Positions 40,626 through 50,633 are shown, counted from the first letter of the stretch. The stretch is 64,000 nt of DNA from Sumerlaeia bacterium (GCA_040219255.1 JAVJSW010000060.1:256001-320000); one strand, 5' to 3'. The notes: a model not told the origin generated them from the sequence alone. A program made the numbers and translations.

Positions 40626-42361
40626 TGGTCTTTTCCTTCCTGACGTTCGAGAACGTCCTTGGCCATTTGCCATGTCAGGTACGAGCCGCTGAGGTTGCGG
40701 CAGTTGAAGCCGTTCTGCTCGAGGATGCGGCAGGCGTAGTAGCTGCGCTGGCCGCTCTGGCAATGGACGACGATGTCGCGGTCGCGGGGCAGTTCGCCGA
40801 GGCGCGCGCGCAGTTGATCGAGGGGGATGTTGTGGCTTTCGGCGCCGGGGCGGGGCAGGATCACTTTACCGTTTTCGCGCTCGGGCGGGTTGCGGACGTC
40901 GAGGAGGTAATAGCTGGCGGGGTCGCGCTGGGCCAGTTCGACCCAGTCGATGGGATCGACGAAGCCGGAGAGAGCGTTCTGGGCCGCCATGCCAACGATG
41001 TTGACGGGGTCCTTGGCGGCGCCGAAGGGCGGAGCGTAGGTCAGTTCCAGCTCGGCCAGGTCGTCGGCGGTCATATCCGCGGCGAGGGCCGTGGCGAAGA
41101 CATCGAGGCGCCGGTCGACGCCTTCGCCGCCGACGATCTGCGCGCCGAGGAGGCGGCCGTCCTCGCGGTGAAAGAGCGCCTTGATATCCATCATCTCCGC
41201 GCCCGGGTAGTAGGTCACGTGGTGCGGGCGATGGATGCGGATGATCTCGTGGGGCACGTTCATTTTGAGGAGGCGCTTTTCGCTCAGGCCGGTGCAACCG
41301 GCGGCGACTTCGAAGAGGCGGAGAATGGCCGTGCCGTAGGTGCCGTCGTAAGGGATCAGGTCGTTCTGCGACTCGGCGAAGATGTTGTCGGCCACGAGGC
41401 GGCCCTGGCGGTTGGCAGGCCCGGCGAGGGGAATATGGGCGGGCTCGCCGAAGATCGGGTCGTGGACCTCGATGGCGTCGCCCACGGCCCAGATGTGGGG
41501 GACCGAGGTGCGCAGAAAGTCATCGACGGCGATGCCGCCGGTGACGCCGGTGGCGATGTTGGCGCCGCCGAGCCAGCGGATGTCGGGCCGCACGCCGAGG
41601 CCCATGACGACCACGTCGGCGGGAAAGCGCTCGCCCTTCTTGGTGACGACGACGGAGGCGGCGGCGTCGCTGCCGGGGGCCGGTTCGTCGAACTGCTGGA
41701 CGCCGTCGCTGAGGCGCAAATCGACGCCGTGCTTGCGGAGGGCGCGGTGCAGGTGCTCGGCCATTTCCGGGTCGAGGGGCGCCATGACCTGGGGGGCGAG
41801 TTCGATCAGTGTGACGGCGAGGCCGCGATGGATGAGCTGCTCGGCCATTTCCAGGCCAATGTAGCCCCCGCCCACGACGACGGCGCGCTTGGCGTTCTGG
41901 CCGGAGATCCAGGCGTTGATGGCGTCCGTGTCGGGGACGTTGCGCAGGGTGAAATGGCCGGGGCGGTCGATGCCGGGAATCGGGGGCCGCAGGGGCGCGG
42001 CGCCGGGGGAGAGAACCAGCTCGTCATAGGGCTCGTCCGTTTCCTCGCCCGTTTGCAGGTCCCGCAGGCGCACCGTCTGGGCCTTGGGGTCCACGGCGAT
42101 GGCTTCCGTGCGGACGCGCACGTCCATGCCGAAGCGGCTGGCGAGGGATTCGGGCGAATTGAGGATGAGCTTCTGCCGGTCGGCGATTTCACCGCCAATG
42201 TGGTAGGGAAGCCCGCAGTTGGCGAAAGAGACGTAGGGCCCCTTTTCCACCATCACGATGCGGGCGGATTCGGAGAGTCGCCGCGCCCGGGCCGCACAGC
42301 TCGCGCCGCCCGCCACGCCTCCCACGATCACAATGCGTTTGCCGCCGCTGTCGTCTGTCAT
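40622..42361 (-). CDS. CoA-disulfide/persulfide reductase with C-terminal rhodanese domain
   Basis: GGVAGG, SFANCGLPY, GGGYIGLE, WAVGD, YAPPF, LLDVR...HCQSGQRS. Confidence 0.93.
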   Translation of the reverse strand: MTDDSGGKRIVIVGGVAGGASCAARARRLSESARIVMVEKGPYVSFANCGLPYHIGGEIADRQKLILNSPESLASRFGMDVRVRTEAIAVDPKAQTVRLRDLQTGEETDEPYDELVLSPGAAPLRPPIPGIDRPGHFTLRNVPDTDAINAWISGQNAKRAVVVGGGYIGLEMAEQLIHRGLAVTLIELAPQVMAPLDPEMAEHLHRALRKHGVDLRLSDGVQQFDEPAPGSDAAASVVVTKKGERFPADVVVMGLGVRPDIRWLGGANIATGVTGGIAVDDFLRTSVPHIWAVGDAIEVHDPIFGEPAHIPLAGPANRQGRLVADNIFAESQNDLIPYDGTYGTAILRLFEVAAGCTGLSEKRLLKMNVPHEIIRIHRPHHVTYYPGAEMMDIKALFHREDGRLLGAQIVGGEGVDRRLDVFATALAADMTADDLAELELTYAPPFGAAKDPVNIVGMAAQNALSGFVDPIDWVELAQRDPASYYLLDVRNPPERENGKVILPRPGAESHNIPLDQLRARLGELPRDRDIVVHCQSGQRSYYACRILEQNGFNCRNLSGSYLTWQMAKDVLERQEGKDQ

Positions 42362-42368
42362 GGTCGTC

Positions 42369-42713
42369 TTAGCCTTGTCCTGGGTAAAGGTTGCCGAAGC
42401 TTTCGAGGGTTTCCAGGTGCTGGCGCCGGACGCTGTCGCACATCACTTCGCAGACGTCGAAGATCGACTCTTCTTTGACGGCGTAGATGGATTGGGCGCC
42501 ATCGCGGCGCTGGGCCACGAGGCCGGCGCGTTTGAGGATCCCGAGGTGTTTGGAGACCGAGGCTTGACCGAGGCCGAGTTCGTTGCTCAGGGTCGTCACG
42601 TTGGCTTCGCCGCTTTTCAGGCGGATCAAGAGGCGCAGGCGGTTTTCGTCGGCGAGGGCGCGAAACCGTTCGGTGAGGAGGGGGATGAGGACTTCCATCT
42701 GCTCTTCGTTCAT
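42369..42713 (-). CDS. ArsR/SmtB family transcriptional regulator
   Basis: FRALADENRLRLL, SVSKHLGILKRAGLV..RRDG; C-terminal CEVMC. Confidence 0.92.
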   Translation of the reverse strand: MNEEQMEVLIPLLTERFRALADENRLRLLIRLKSGEANVTTLSNELGLGQASVSKHLGILKRAGLVAQRRDGAQSIYAVKEESIFDVCEVMCDSVRRQHLETLESFGNLYPGQG

Positions 42714-42774
42714 GAATGTTTTCCCTTATCAGAATGTTCCTCTGTTCTCTAATGGGCCTCCTCGGTGCTGTCAA
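42714..42774 (-). promoter_or_regulatory. Putative promoter/operator of the ArsR operon
   Basis: TTGACA on the minus strand at 42774-42769; imperfect palindrome ATCAGAATG...TTCTCTAAT; GAATGTT occurs twice. Confidence 0.4.
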
Positions 42775-42854
42775 GGCCTTCTCTCTGGCCTTGTGGCGAA
42801 TAATTCCGGTGGTGTAGCGTAGGGGTCTGAGACTTCCCGATCGGCCGTCGTTCC

Positions 42855-44477
42855 ATGGCGCGCAAGCTGCTCTTCAATTCCCCCAAGCGCTGGGCCTTCA
42901 ATGGCTTGCATGTGCTGCTGTGGGTGGCGGCGATCCTTGTGCCGCCGGGATTTACGATGACCACCTGGGTGGTGCTGGGGTTGGCGGTGGGGGTCAGTCT
43001 GGCTTGGTCCGCGGACCGGCAGTTGACCGAGTGGCTGCACCAGCGCCGGGGCAAGCCGCTGTCTTTTTCCGGTTTCCTGAGCGACCGGGGGGCGCCGCTG
43101 CTGCTGACGCTGTCGGCGGTTGGCCTGGGGGCGTTCGTGCTGGCGTGGTGGAATGTGCTGGCCGGGGCGATGCCGCCTCAGGTGGCGCTTTGGATTTTCC
43201 TGGGGCTGGCGGCTCCGGCCATGATGGCCTTTGCGATTTACGCGTTCCGGTTCGAGACGCAGGTGTACCTTTTCCGGCGCGAGATGCCGCGCCCCGCGCT
43301 CACCCGCCTGCTGAGCCGCGCCTGTGCCTTCGGGATGCAGCCCGGGTTGTACATGAAGCCGCTGGCGATCACCGGGTTGTATTTCGGGTTCTGGCTTGGG
43401 CTGCTGTGGGTGGTGGCGGGGGGCTATTACTTTGCGGCGCACCATTTCTGGGGGGCATCGCTCGATCCATTCCGGTGGGATGGGCTGGGGGATTACACCG
43501 TGTTGGGGTATTTGGTGGTGCTGTCGCTGAGTTTCTTCTTTCTGACGACGTGGCGCTTGTCGAACCTGCGGCTGGTGAATCTGATTCATCGCCAGGGGCG
43601 GCTGCGCAAGGGGCAGCTTCGCCACGAGATCGACACGGCGGCGGGGACTTTGGGGTTCACGCCGACGCTGGCGACGGGGGCGTTTTTCTGGCTGGCCTGC
43701 GGGGTGATGATGTTGGGCGGGTACAACATGGGGTATTGGGTGCGGGAGTGGTTCGGCCTGGGCGAGATGACGGCGATGATCGTGGGGCTGGCGCTGGGGG
43801 CGGTGGGGTTCTGGGTGATCGTGCTGTTTCCGGCGCAGTGGGCGATGCCGCTGCTGGCCCAGCACGATTGCGGATGGGTGCGCGCCATCGAAGCCAGCAC
43901 GCGGCTGGTCGCGATCGAGCGCGGGCGGGCGTTCGGCGTGGCGCTGATTGCGAACCTGCTGGGGCTGAGTCTCCTCGGCCGGCCCGCCGGGCACCTGTTC
44001 AAGCTGTTGTCGCTCGAAGGTCTCGATCCGCTGCTGGCGCTGCTGTTGAAGGAAAAAACGCCAGTGGAGGCCCGGGCGGCCTGGGCGGAATTGCGCGAGG
44101 CGGAGGAGTTCGAGGAAGAAGACGGTGGGGGCGGTGGGCGCCCGCCGGCGTCGCGGCGCCCGGCCCAACTCGAGCGCGGGTTCGATCTTCTGCTGCACCA
44201 GGGCCGCTACCTGGACGCCCTGAACGTCTTCCAGATGTTCCGCCGGGATCATCCTCGCGATAGCGACGCGTTGCATGGCGAAACGCTGGCGCTGCTGCAC
44301 ATGGGAAACATTTTCGCGGCCCAGGAACGGCTCGAGCGCTGGCGCACCGCGCACCCTGGCGATGCCCGGGCCGAGCGCTTAATGGATGACATCGCCGCCG
44401 GGCGGTGGGACGAAGACGGGCCCCTGTACCGCGAGGCGCAGCGCCGCAACAGCCAACCGGTCGGCCGCGGAATTTAA
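42855..44477 (+). CDS. Multi-pass membrane protein with C-terminal TPR-like helices
   Basis: About 9-10 hydrophobic segments; GRYLDALNVF...HPRDSDALH TPR pattern. Confidence 0.7.
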   Translation: MARKLLFNSPKRWAFNGLHVLLWVAAILVPPGFTMTTWVVLGLAVGVSLAWSADRQLTEWLHQRRGKPLSFSGFLSDRGAPLLLTLSAVGLGAFVLAWWNVLAGAMPPQVALWIFLGLAAPAMMAFAIYAFRFETQVYLFRREMPRPALTRLLSRACAFGMQPGLYMKPLAITGLYFGFWLGLLWVVAGGYYFAAHHFWGASLDPFRWDGLGDYTVLGYLVVLSLSFFFLTTWRLSNLRLVNLIHRQGRLRKGQLRHEIDTAAGTLGFTPTLATGAFFWLACGVMMLGGYNMGYWVREWFGLGEMTAMIVGLALGAVGFWVIVLFPAQWAMPLLAQHDCGWVRAIEASTRLVAIERGRAFGVALIANLLGLSLLGRPAGHLFKLLSLEGLDPLLALLLKEKTPVEARAAWAELREAEEFEEEDGGGGGRPPASRRPAQLERGFDLLLHQGRYLDALNVFQMFRRDHPRDSDALHGETLALLHMGNIFAAQERLERWRTAHPGDARAERLMDDIAAGRWDEDGPLYREAQRRNSQPVGRGI

Positions 44478-44504
44478 TACCACCCTTCCCTTAGGAGTTT
44501 CCCT

Positions 44505-44855
44505 ATGAAAGCCTTCGCCGATTCCCCCTTCTGGCGCGCCATCGCCGTGGCCGCCGTGGTGGCGCTGTTCGCTGTCGCCTTCCGAGGCAGCGACGCCCCC
44601 GCCGAAGCCTTCGCATCCAGCGCCTACGCGCAGCCCGGTCAACCTCCGGCGGGCGTGGTGCAGATGATGCCCTCTATGCCGGGGGCCATCCCCTCGATCG
44701 CGATCACGTCGGCGATTCAGGAGCAGAACGGGAGTTGCGCCGTGGTGGCGGTCGTCCCCAAGGCAGGCGGCGGGCTGCAATTCGCCATGATGACCGGCGT
44801 CAATCTTCGTTCTCTGGGTGCTGTCCAAACCCGCGACATCCCCAACACCAAGTAA
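44505..44855 (+). CDS. Small exported hypothetical protein
   Basis: AGGAG RBS; N-terminal hydrophobic segment. Confidence 0.65.
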   Translation: MKAFADSPFWRAIAVAAVVALFAVAFRGSDAPAEAFASSAYAQPGQPPAGVVQMMPSMPGAIPSIAITSAIQEQNGSCAVVAVVPKAGGGLQFAMMTGVNLRSLGAVQTRDIPNTK

Positions 44856-44873
44856 AGCCAGCCCCCGCCGCCC

Positions 44874-45899
44874 TTGTCCCGTTCCTCCGCTCCGCTGCCG
44901 TTCTGGCTCTTGATCGCTGTCTTAGGCGCCGTCCTGCTGGGGGCGGTACTATGGGCGCCGACGGTCGGGCCGACGGAGCTGTCGCTGGCGCGGGCGCTCG
45001 ATTCCTCGATTCCCGCCGAGACGAACACCGACCGCATCGTGCTGTTTGAGCTGAGGCTGCCCCGGGTCGCGCTCGCGCTGGCCGTGGGGGTGGCGTTGGC
45101 GCTGGCGGGGGCGGCTTTTCAGGCGTTGCTGAGGAACGATTTGGCGACGCCCTACACGCTGGGCGTCAGCGGCGGGGCCAGCCTCGGCGCCCTTCTGGTG
45201 CTCCAAGCCGCCGGAGGCGCCGGAGCGGGCGCGGCGGTGCTCTATGGTCTGGTGCCGCTGGCCGCGTTCGCGGGGGGAGCGGCGGCCGCCGCGACGGTGC
45301 TGGTGCTCGCCGCGCGGAGCCGGGGCCCTGGATCGGAGCGGGGGGCGAGCCTGATTCTGGCTGGCGTGACGCTGAACCTGCTCTTCGGCGCCGCTGTGAT
45401 GATCCTGCAATACCGAAGCGATCCCTACGAAGTCGCCGGCATGATCCGCTGGCTGATGGGCAGTCTGGACGCCACGGACTTCACGGCGGCGGCGGTCGTC
45501 GGCGGAGGCGCGGTGCTGGTGGGCGCGATCCTGATGGCGTCGGCGATGGCGCTGAACGTGATGACGCTCGGCGATGCGACGGCGGCGCACCTGGGGTTTC
45601 ATCCGGGGCGGGTGCGGGCGTTGTGCCTCATGGCGGGGGCGCTGGGGGCGGCGCTGTGCGTGGCCTACGCCGGGCCGGTGGGGTTTGTGGGGCTGATTAT
45701 CCCGCACATGATGCGGCGATTCACGGGGCCGGATCACCGGCGGCTGCTACCCGCCTGCGCGCTGGCGGGAGCGGCGTTCCTGGTGCTCTGCGACGCCGTG
45801 GGCAGGCTCCTCGGCGGCAACACGGAAATCCCGGTGGGCATCGTGACGGCGGTGCTGGGCGGGCCGTTTTTCCTGTGGTTATTGTTCCGGCGGGGATGA
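44874..45899 (+). CDS. FecCD/BtuC family ABC transporter permease
   Basis: LRLPR, QALLRNDLATPYTLGVSGGA, WLMGSL, GPVGFVGLIIPH, EIPVGIVTAVLGGPFF. Confidence 0.93.
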   Translation: MSRSSAPLPFWLLIAVLGAVLLGAVLWAPTVGPTELSLARALDSSIPAETNTDRIVLFELRLPRVALALAVGVALALAGAAFQALLRNDLATPYTLGVSGGASLGALLVLQAAGGAGAGAAVLYGLVPLAAFAGGAAAAATVLVLAARSRGPGSERGASLILAGVTLNLLFGAAVMILQYRSDPYEVAGMIRWLMGSLDATDFTAAAVVGGGAVLVGAILMASAMALNVMTLGDATAAHLGFHPGRVRALCLMAGALGAALCVAYAGPVGFVGLIIPHMMRRFTGPDHRRLLPACALAGAAFLVLCDAVGRLLGGNTEIPVGIVTAVLGGPFFLWLLFRRG

Positions 45900-46433
45900 G
45901 GCGGCGGCGAGTTCGCTGCGGAGCAATTGCTCGCGGATGGCGAGTTCGCTCCGCTTGATCCGCCACAGCACAAGCGGCACCACGCCCAGCCCCACAGCCA
46001 TCAGCCCAGCGAACGCCAGCAGTGGGATCATGGCCGCCGGGTCGGGCGCCGCGAGGGCCTTCATCAGCACCAGCCCCGTAAAAACCCATGCGAAAGCTGT
46101 CAGGTGGGCGACCTGCCACAGACCGTAAACCCGGCGGTGGTAGCGGCGGCTCCGGGCCAGCGACAGCATGTAAATTCCCATGTTGAGGGGCGCCAGCGTG
46201 CACAGCAGCAGCCCCAGCCGCATCCAGATCGGGCCGCTTTCCTGCAGGAATAAAAGTCCCATCGGCAGCGTCAGGATAAGGGCCACGACCCCGCTGACCT
46301 GGGTCAGCCGCTGGCGCAGGGGGCTGAGTTTCGGCGAGAGCAGCTCCTGCATCGCCGCGTCGAAGTGCGCTTTGCGGCGCGGGTCTGGGGTGGTCTGTTC
46401 GATCAATTGGTCGCGAAGGGTGGTGGAAGTCAT
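45879..46433 (-). CDS. Membrane protein, putative anti-sigma factor
   Basis: ATGA-coupled to the ECF sigma gene; four TM segments. Confidence 0.65.
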   Translation of the reverse strand: MTSTTLRDQLIEQTTPDPRRKAHFDAAMQELLSPKLSPLRQRLTQVSGVVALILTLPMGLLFLQESGPIWMRLGLLLCTLAPLNMGIYMLSLARSRRYHRRVYGLWQVAHLTAFAWVFTGLVLMKALAAPDPAAMIPLLAFAGLMAVGLGVVPLVLWRIKRSELAIREQLLRSELAAASSPPEQ

Positions 46434-46984
46434 TTGGCGCGTTCCTCCTGAAGGATGTGGCGAAGTTTGCGTTTGGCGGTGTGAATGCGGCTCTTGACGG
46501 TGCCCTCGGGAATGGCGAGGAGCCCGGCGATGTCCGCGATGGAGAGGTCGTCGAGAAAGTGCAACACGATGGGCTCGCGGTGGAGCAGGTCCAGCCGGCC
46601 GATGGCCCAGTGCAGCTCCTGGGCTTCGGCGGGCGAGAAGTCCGGTTCCTCCGCCGCGGGCCCGGCGCGGTCTGATTCCTCGGGCAGGGTGTCGTGGATG
46701 ATCTGGCCGCGTTGCTGGGCAAAGGCGGCGTTGCGGGCAATGCGGTAAATCCAGGCAGGAAAAGCCCCCGGCTGGCGCAACTTCGGCAACCCCCGCAACG
46801 CCCGCAGCCACGTCTCCTGCAACGCGTCCCAAGCGTCGTCCTCAGTCGGCGCGATGCGGCGCAGATAGTAGAGCAGCGGCCGCTCCCACTGAGCCACCAG
46901 CGGCGCGAATGCGGACTCGTCCCCGCGTTGGAGCCGCACGATCAGGAGTTCGAGCTGTAATCGTTCTGTCTTACTGAGAGCCAT
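46430..46984 (-). CDS. ECF (sigma24-type) RNA polymerase sigma factor
   Basis: GDESAF, DALQETW, WIYRIARN, IPEGTVKSRIH. Confidence 0.93.
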   Translation of the reverse strand: MALSKTERLQLELLIVRLQRGDESAFAPLVAQWERPLLYYLRRIAPTEDDAWDALQETWLRALRGLPKLRQPGAFPAWIYRIARNAAFAQQRGQIIHDTLPEESDRAGPAAEEPDFSPAEAQELHWAIGRLDLLHREPIVLHFLDDLSIADIAGLLAIPEGTVKSRIHTAKRKLRHILQEERAK

Positions 46985-47139
46985 AATGCTGGGCCCTTCC
47001 AAAAAGGCGTTCACCCAGACAGATGCGGCAAAGGGGGGTGGCGGTTCAGATTGGGGGGGAAGTTTTTCTCGTGTGCCTACGCTTGCTGGAAACCAGGAAA
47101 TACAAATCGTTCGGTCGATGACATGCCTGTCTCAACGTT

Positions 47140-47751
47140 TCATCGCATCAGTCCAAACAGGATCAAGACAACAAGACCTAAAATAAGAAGACATCCGATG
47201 AGTCCGGGGATATCCGCGGCGCCAAAATCCGGCGTCAACCCGCGCGACTTTCGATATGCACGGTGGCATGATTTACAGAACACAAATTTCTCTATGCGGC
47301 CTCCTGTGCAGGGATACCTCTGCTCGACTACTTCGGTCTTGACCTCGCGGCAGACAATGTGACGATGGCATTTATCGCAATTGCCCGAGGCGCACACAAA
47401 TTTCCTGATTTTGGGATCATAGCAACGAGCGATTCCATGGCACGAATCGCACGATATGGAATTCGGATGACCACAGTTGGGACAAGGCCTTCCCGACAGG
47501 ACATCCCCAATTCTCAACTGCTGATTGCAGGCTTTGCAGGATATCGTTCCAGTCAATACCTCATTCTTCAATTTTTTTTCTTCGTCATGCTCCTTTTCGA
47601 GTCGCTCCTTTTCAGCCAACCTTGCTTGTCTCGCTTCGTGCTCAGCCTGTTTCAGCTTTGCATCCAGAGGGCGAGGATGCTTGCAGTGCGGGCAAAAGGC
47701 CGCTTTCGGGCTGACCAAGCCTTGGCAATAAACACATTCTTTCAGCATCAT
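47140..47751 (-). CDS. Cys-rich zinc-ribbon protein with C-terminal TM anchor (lower GC)
   Basis: CVYC...VSPKAAFCPHC and further CxxC pairs; coiled segment; hydrophobic C-terminus. Confidence 0.65.
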   Translation of the reverse strand: MMLKECVYCQGLVSPKAAFCPHCKHPRPLDAKLKQAEHEARQARLAEKERLEKEHDEEKKLKNEVLTGTISCKACNQQLRIGDVLSGRPCPNCGHPNSISCDSCHGIARCYDPKIRKFVCASGNCDKCHRHIVCREVKTEVVEQRYPCTGGRIEKFVFCKSCHRAYRKSRGLTPDFGAADIPGLIGCLLILGLVVLILFGLMR

Positions 47752-48578
47752 TCACGTACACCCAAAACGAAGAAAAATTCTCTGTCCAGAGAAGTGTGGC
47801 CAAACTCCGGCATCACCGGCAAATTGAAGTTTTTTATCAATCTGGGAACAATCTGAATTATAAGCCAATCGATCATTCCGTAAAGAGGGGAATAAGATCT
47901 TTCCGGCCAGCAGTAGTGACGAAGAATGACACTCACATACTTCCTGGAAAGAAGATCGTTGACATGCGCGAAGAAATCGAGGAGAAAATTATATAGGAGA
48001 GGGTCATGAAAATTCGCTGATTCGCGGGAAAGCTTTTCTATCCAGTCCATTGATGGCAATTCATCCACGTTAAGCGCCTTGCGAACATAATGAAAGTAGA
48101 GATCCTCGAGGGAGTGCTCAAAGCAAAGAATCGAGCCATCCCTGATATATACGAGCTGGTCGAAGAAGTCTCCTGTGATTACAGAGCCTTTGACCTGAAA
48201 GAGATCGAGGTATTGTTTCAGCGGAGACGCCATTTGCGCCGATGCCTCGATACCATTGTAGTGATAGGCGTTTGCTGGCCTAACCGCTTTGAGGGCGATA
48301 ATGATTGCGCTCGAGCTTCCTGGGCCAATCTCAACAACCCGCCTATAATGGCCAGTCTGTGCCAGCCTCTCAAAGCACCGTGCGTACCTGAGAATAAGCT
48401 GCAAATTCCAATGAGCAGACTCTGGGATGTCTCTTGACCGCTCCAAGAGCCTGCGGGCCCGCCACTCGGTACACAGTCTTTCAGGCCAGGAATCCCAACG
48501 CCTCGTCTGATGCATGATCAACAGTGGCCATTTCCCACAAAAACTGAGTGCTTCCTGGGTGTCCCAATGCTGGAGCAA
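47748..48578 (-). CDS. SAM-dependent methyltransferase-like protein (lower GC)
   Basis: VVEIGPGSS, YNGIE and ITGDF class I-like motifs; start uncertain. Confidence 0.5.
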   Translation of the reverse strand: MLQHWDTQEALSFCGKWPLLIMHQTRRWDSWPERLCTEWRARRLLERSRDIPESAHWNLQLILRYARCFERLAQTGHYRRVVEIGPGSSSAIIIALKAVRPANAYHYNGIEASAQMASPLKQYLDLFQVKGSVITGDFFDQLVYIRDGSILCFEHSLEDLYFHYVRKALNVDELPSMDWIEKLSRESANFHDPLLYNFLLDFFAHVNDLLSRKYVSVILRHYCWPERSYSPLYGMIDWLIIQIVPRLIKNFNLPVMPEFGHTSLDREFFFVLGVRE

Positions 48579-48721
48579 TACAAGAACAGTGTGATGTGGC
48601 GCGTCTTAATCGTGTATGAGGAAAGTTCATCCCCACCCACCCATCCGATGCAATCGGAACTTAAAAACTCGCTTGGACGGAGAGCAGCGGTCCCAAAAAC
48701 CTGATTCTCTTCGCAGTCACC

Positions 48722-49201
48722 TCAACCGCCCCATCCCCCCAGCGCCCCATAAACCCCCATCGCGCAGGACATGGCGAGGTTGAGGCTGCGGGCGCGGGGG
48801 TCTCTCATTTCCAGGCGAAGGCTGCGGGCGGGGCCGATGGCGGTGTGGATGGCGTCGGGGACGCCGTGGCTTTCGTTGCCGAAGAGCAAGGCGTCGCCGG
48901 GGCGGATGGGGGCGGAGTGCGCGGGCACGGTGCCCCGGGTGGTGTAGAGCCAGACGGTGCTCTCGGGGAGGAGGGCGGCGCGGCAGGCCTCCCAATCGAC
49001 GTGGACCTGCCAGTCCAGAAAATCCAGATAATCCATTCCGGCGCGCCGCAGGGCGCGATCATCAAGTGGAAAGGGCACGGGCCGCACGACGTGGAGCCGC
49101 ACCCGCATGGCCGCGCAAAGCCGGGCCACGGACCCGACATTCTGCGGGATGCGCGGCGAGTAGAGGATCACGTTGAGGTCGGGCGGGGCGGGGTCGGTCA
49201 T
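48722..49201 (-). CDS. trmL: tRNA (cytidine/uridine-2'-O)-methyltransferase, SPOUT family
   Basis: PRIPQNVGSVARLCA, LRRAGMDY, LLFGNESHG, RSLNLA. Confidence 0.9.
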   Translation of the reverse strand: MTDPAPPDLNVILYSPRIPQNVGSVARLCAAMRVRLHVVRPVPFPLDDRALRRAGMDYLDFLDWQVHVDWEACRAALLPESTVWLYTTRGTVPAHSAPIRPGDALLFGNESHGVPDAIHTAIGPARSLRLEMRDPRARSLNLAMSCAMGVYGALGGWGG

Positions 49202-49274
49202 GGCTTGCTCTTGCGCCCAAGGGGCCCGGGGCGGCAATGGCGGAGTGACTTTTCCCGGCGGGCGGCGCGAAACC

Positions 49275-50633
49275 ATGGCGGACAACACGGCAGACATGAC
49301 TACCGGCGAGGCGTTTCGCGCGGGGCTGCGGGTGCTCTGGCGGGGGCCCAAGTGGCTGCTGCTGCTGGGGGCGTTGTTCCTGGCGACAATGTGGCCGGTG
49401 GGGCGGAGCGTTCCGCCGGAAATGTGGGGGCTCGAGCCCTCGCCCCTGCCTCGCACCGCGGGAGGGCTGTGGAAGCCCCTTTCCGTGGACGCTGGGTTGA
49501 TTTTCCCGATGCGGCCAGGAGCGGATTTTTTCTCGACCTACGAGGCCGGCGCCCGGGTGCTGCGCGGGGGCGATCCGTATTCCGTGGTGCCGGGCAGCGA
49601 AGCCGTCCGCGCGCCTTACTTCACCACTTATCGCTACCTGCCGATTCCGGCCTATACGCTCGGCGTGGGGCTGAACGCCCTGCCGCCGTGGTGGAGTTTC
49701 CTCGCCTGGATCGCCTTCAATATGGGGCTGATCGTGGCGAACCTGGCGCTGACGGCGGGGCGGCGGCCGGGGGCGCTGCCGCTGCTGATCGCGATATGGT
49801 GCGCGTGGTTTCCCCTCGCGGTCGAGTGGCACCTCGGTCAGTTCACGGTGCTGATGGCGACGCTGATTCTGTGGGGCCTGGACGCCCTGACCTGCGGCGC
49901 CCGGGCTGGCGGAGCGGTGGCCTGGGCGGGTTCGGTGGCGCTGAAGATCTACACCGGCGCCATGGCGCTGCCGCTGTGGCTCGGCGGGCGGCGGCGCGAG
50001 GCCGTGCTGGGCCTGGCCGTGGTGGGCGTGCTGGCGGGCGGGTATTTCCTGGCGCGACCGGACAGCTTTGCCGCCTTTCGGGCGCTCAACGTGGACCAGC
50101 GCAGTCTGCTGCTCCAGCGCCAGCCCTACGCCGGGGCCCAGGGCGTCCAGGAAGCGGTCAACGCCACCATCTGGATCGCGCAGGGCCGCGACCTCGACAC
50201 CGCCCTCGATCCCGCCGGCCAGGCGCCCGCACTTCGCGACCCGGTGGTTTGGGTGAATGGGTTGCTGATCGCGGCCTACGGCGCGGGGTTGTTGTGGCTG
50301 ACGTGGCGCAGGCGGGGGCGGCTGGACCCGCTGGTGTTGGGCGGTTATTGGGCATTGTGGTTTGTGGCCTATCCGGATTGCTGGGAACACCACTACGTCC
50401 TGCTCCAGGCCTTGACGGCCTGGTGGCTCGCGCGGGGCGTCCTCGGCCCCAGGGCGGCGGTGGCGGTGTGGGCGCTGGCGGGCGGGCCGTCGCTGTGGGT
50501 GGTGCTGCGAGAGGTTCTCGGGCCGGAGCACGAAACGCTGGAGGCGCTGGTTGGCCTCGCCTACTTCTGGCAGCGCCCGGCGGGGCTGGCGGTGTTGCTG
50601 GGGGCGGGGGTGTGGGGGCTGAGGCGAAAATAA
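49275..50633 (+). CDS. GT-C fold membrane glycosyltransferase (GT87/DUF2029-like)
   Basis: DF..YEAG..V..GGDPY, YRYLP, GQF, LKIY, WEHHY; multiple TM segments. Confidence 0.78.
   Translation: MADNTADMTTGEAFRAGLRVLWRGPKWLLLLGALFLATMWPVGRSVPPEMWGLEPSPLPRTAGGLWKPLSVDAGLIFPMRPGADFFSTYEAGARVLRGGDPYSVVPGSEAVRAPYFTTYRYLPIPAYTLGVGLNALPPWWSFLAWIAFNMGLIVANLALTAGRRPGALPLLIAIWCAWFPLAVEWHLGQFTVLMATLILWGLDALTCGARAGGAVAWAGSVALKIYTGAMALPLWLGGRRREAVLGLAVVGVLAGGYFLARPDSFAAFRALNVDQRSLLLQRQPYAGAQGVQEAVNATIWIAQGRDLDTALDPAGQAPALRDPVVWVNGLLIAAYGAGLLWLTWRRRGRLDPLVLGGYWALWFVAYPDCWEHHYVLLQALTAWWLARGVLGPRAAVAVWALAGGPSLWVVLREVLGPEHETLEALVGLAYFWQRPAGLAVLLGAGVWGLRRK

Noticed and set aside
47050-48715. Prophage or IS element
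   Set aside because: No transposase, integrase, phage gene or terminal repeat recognised.
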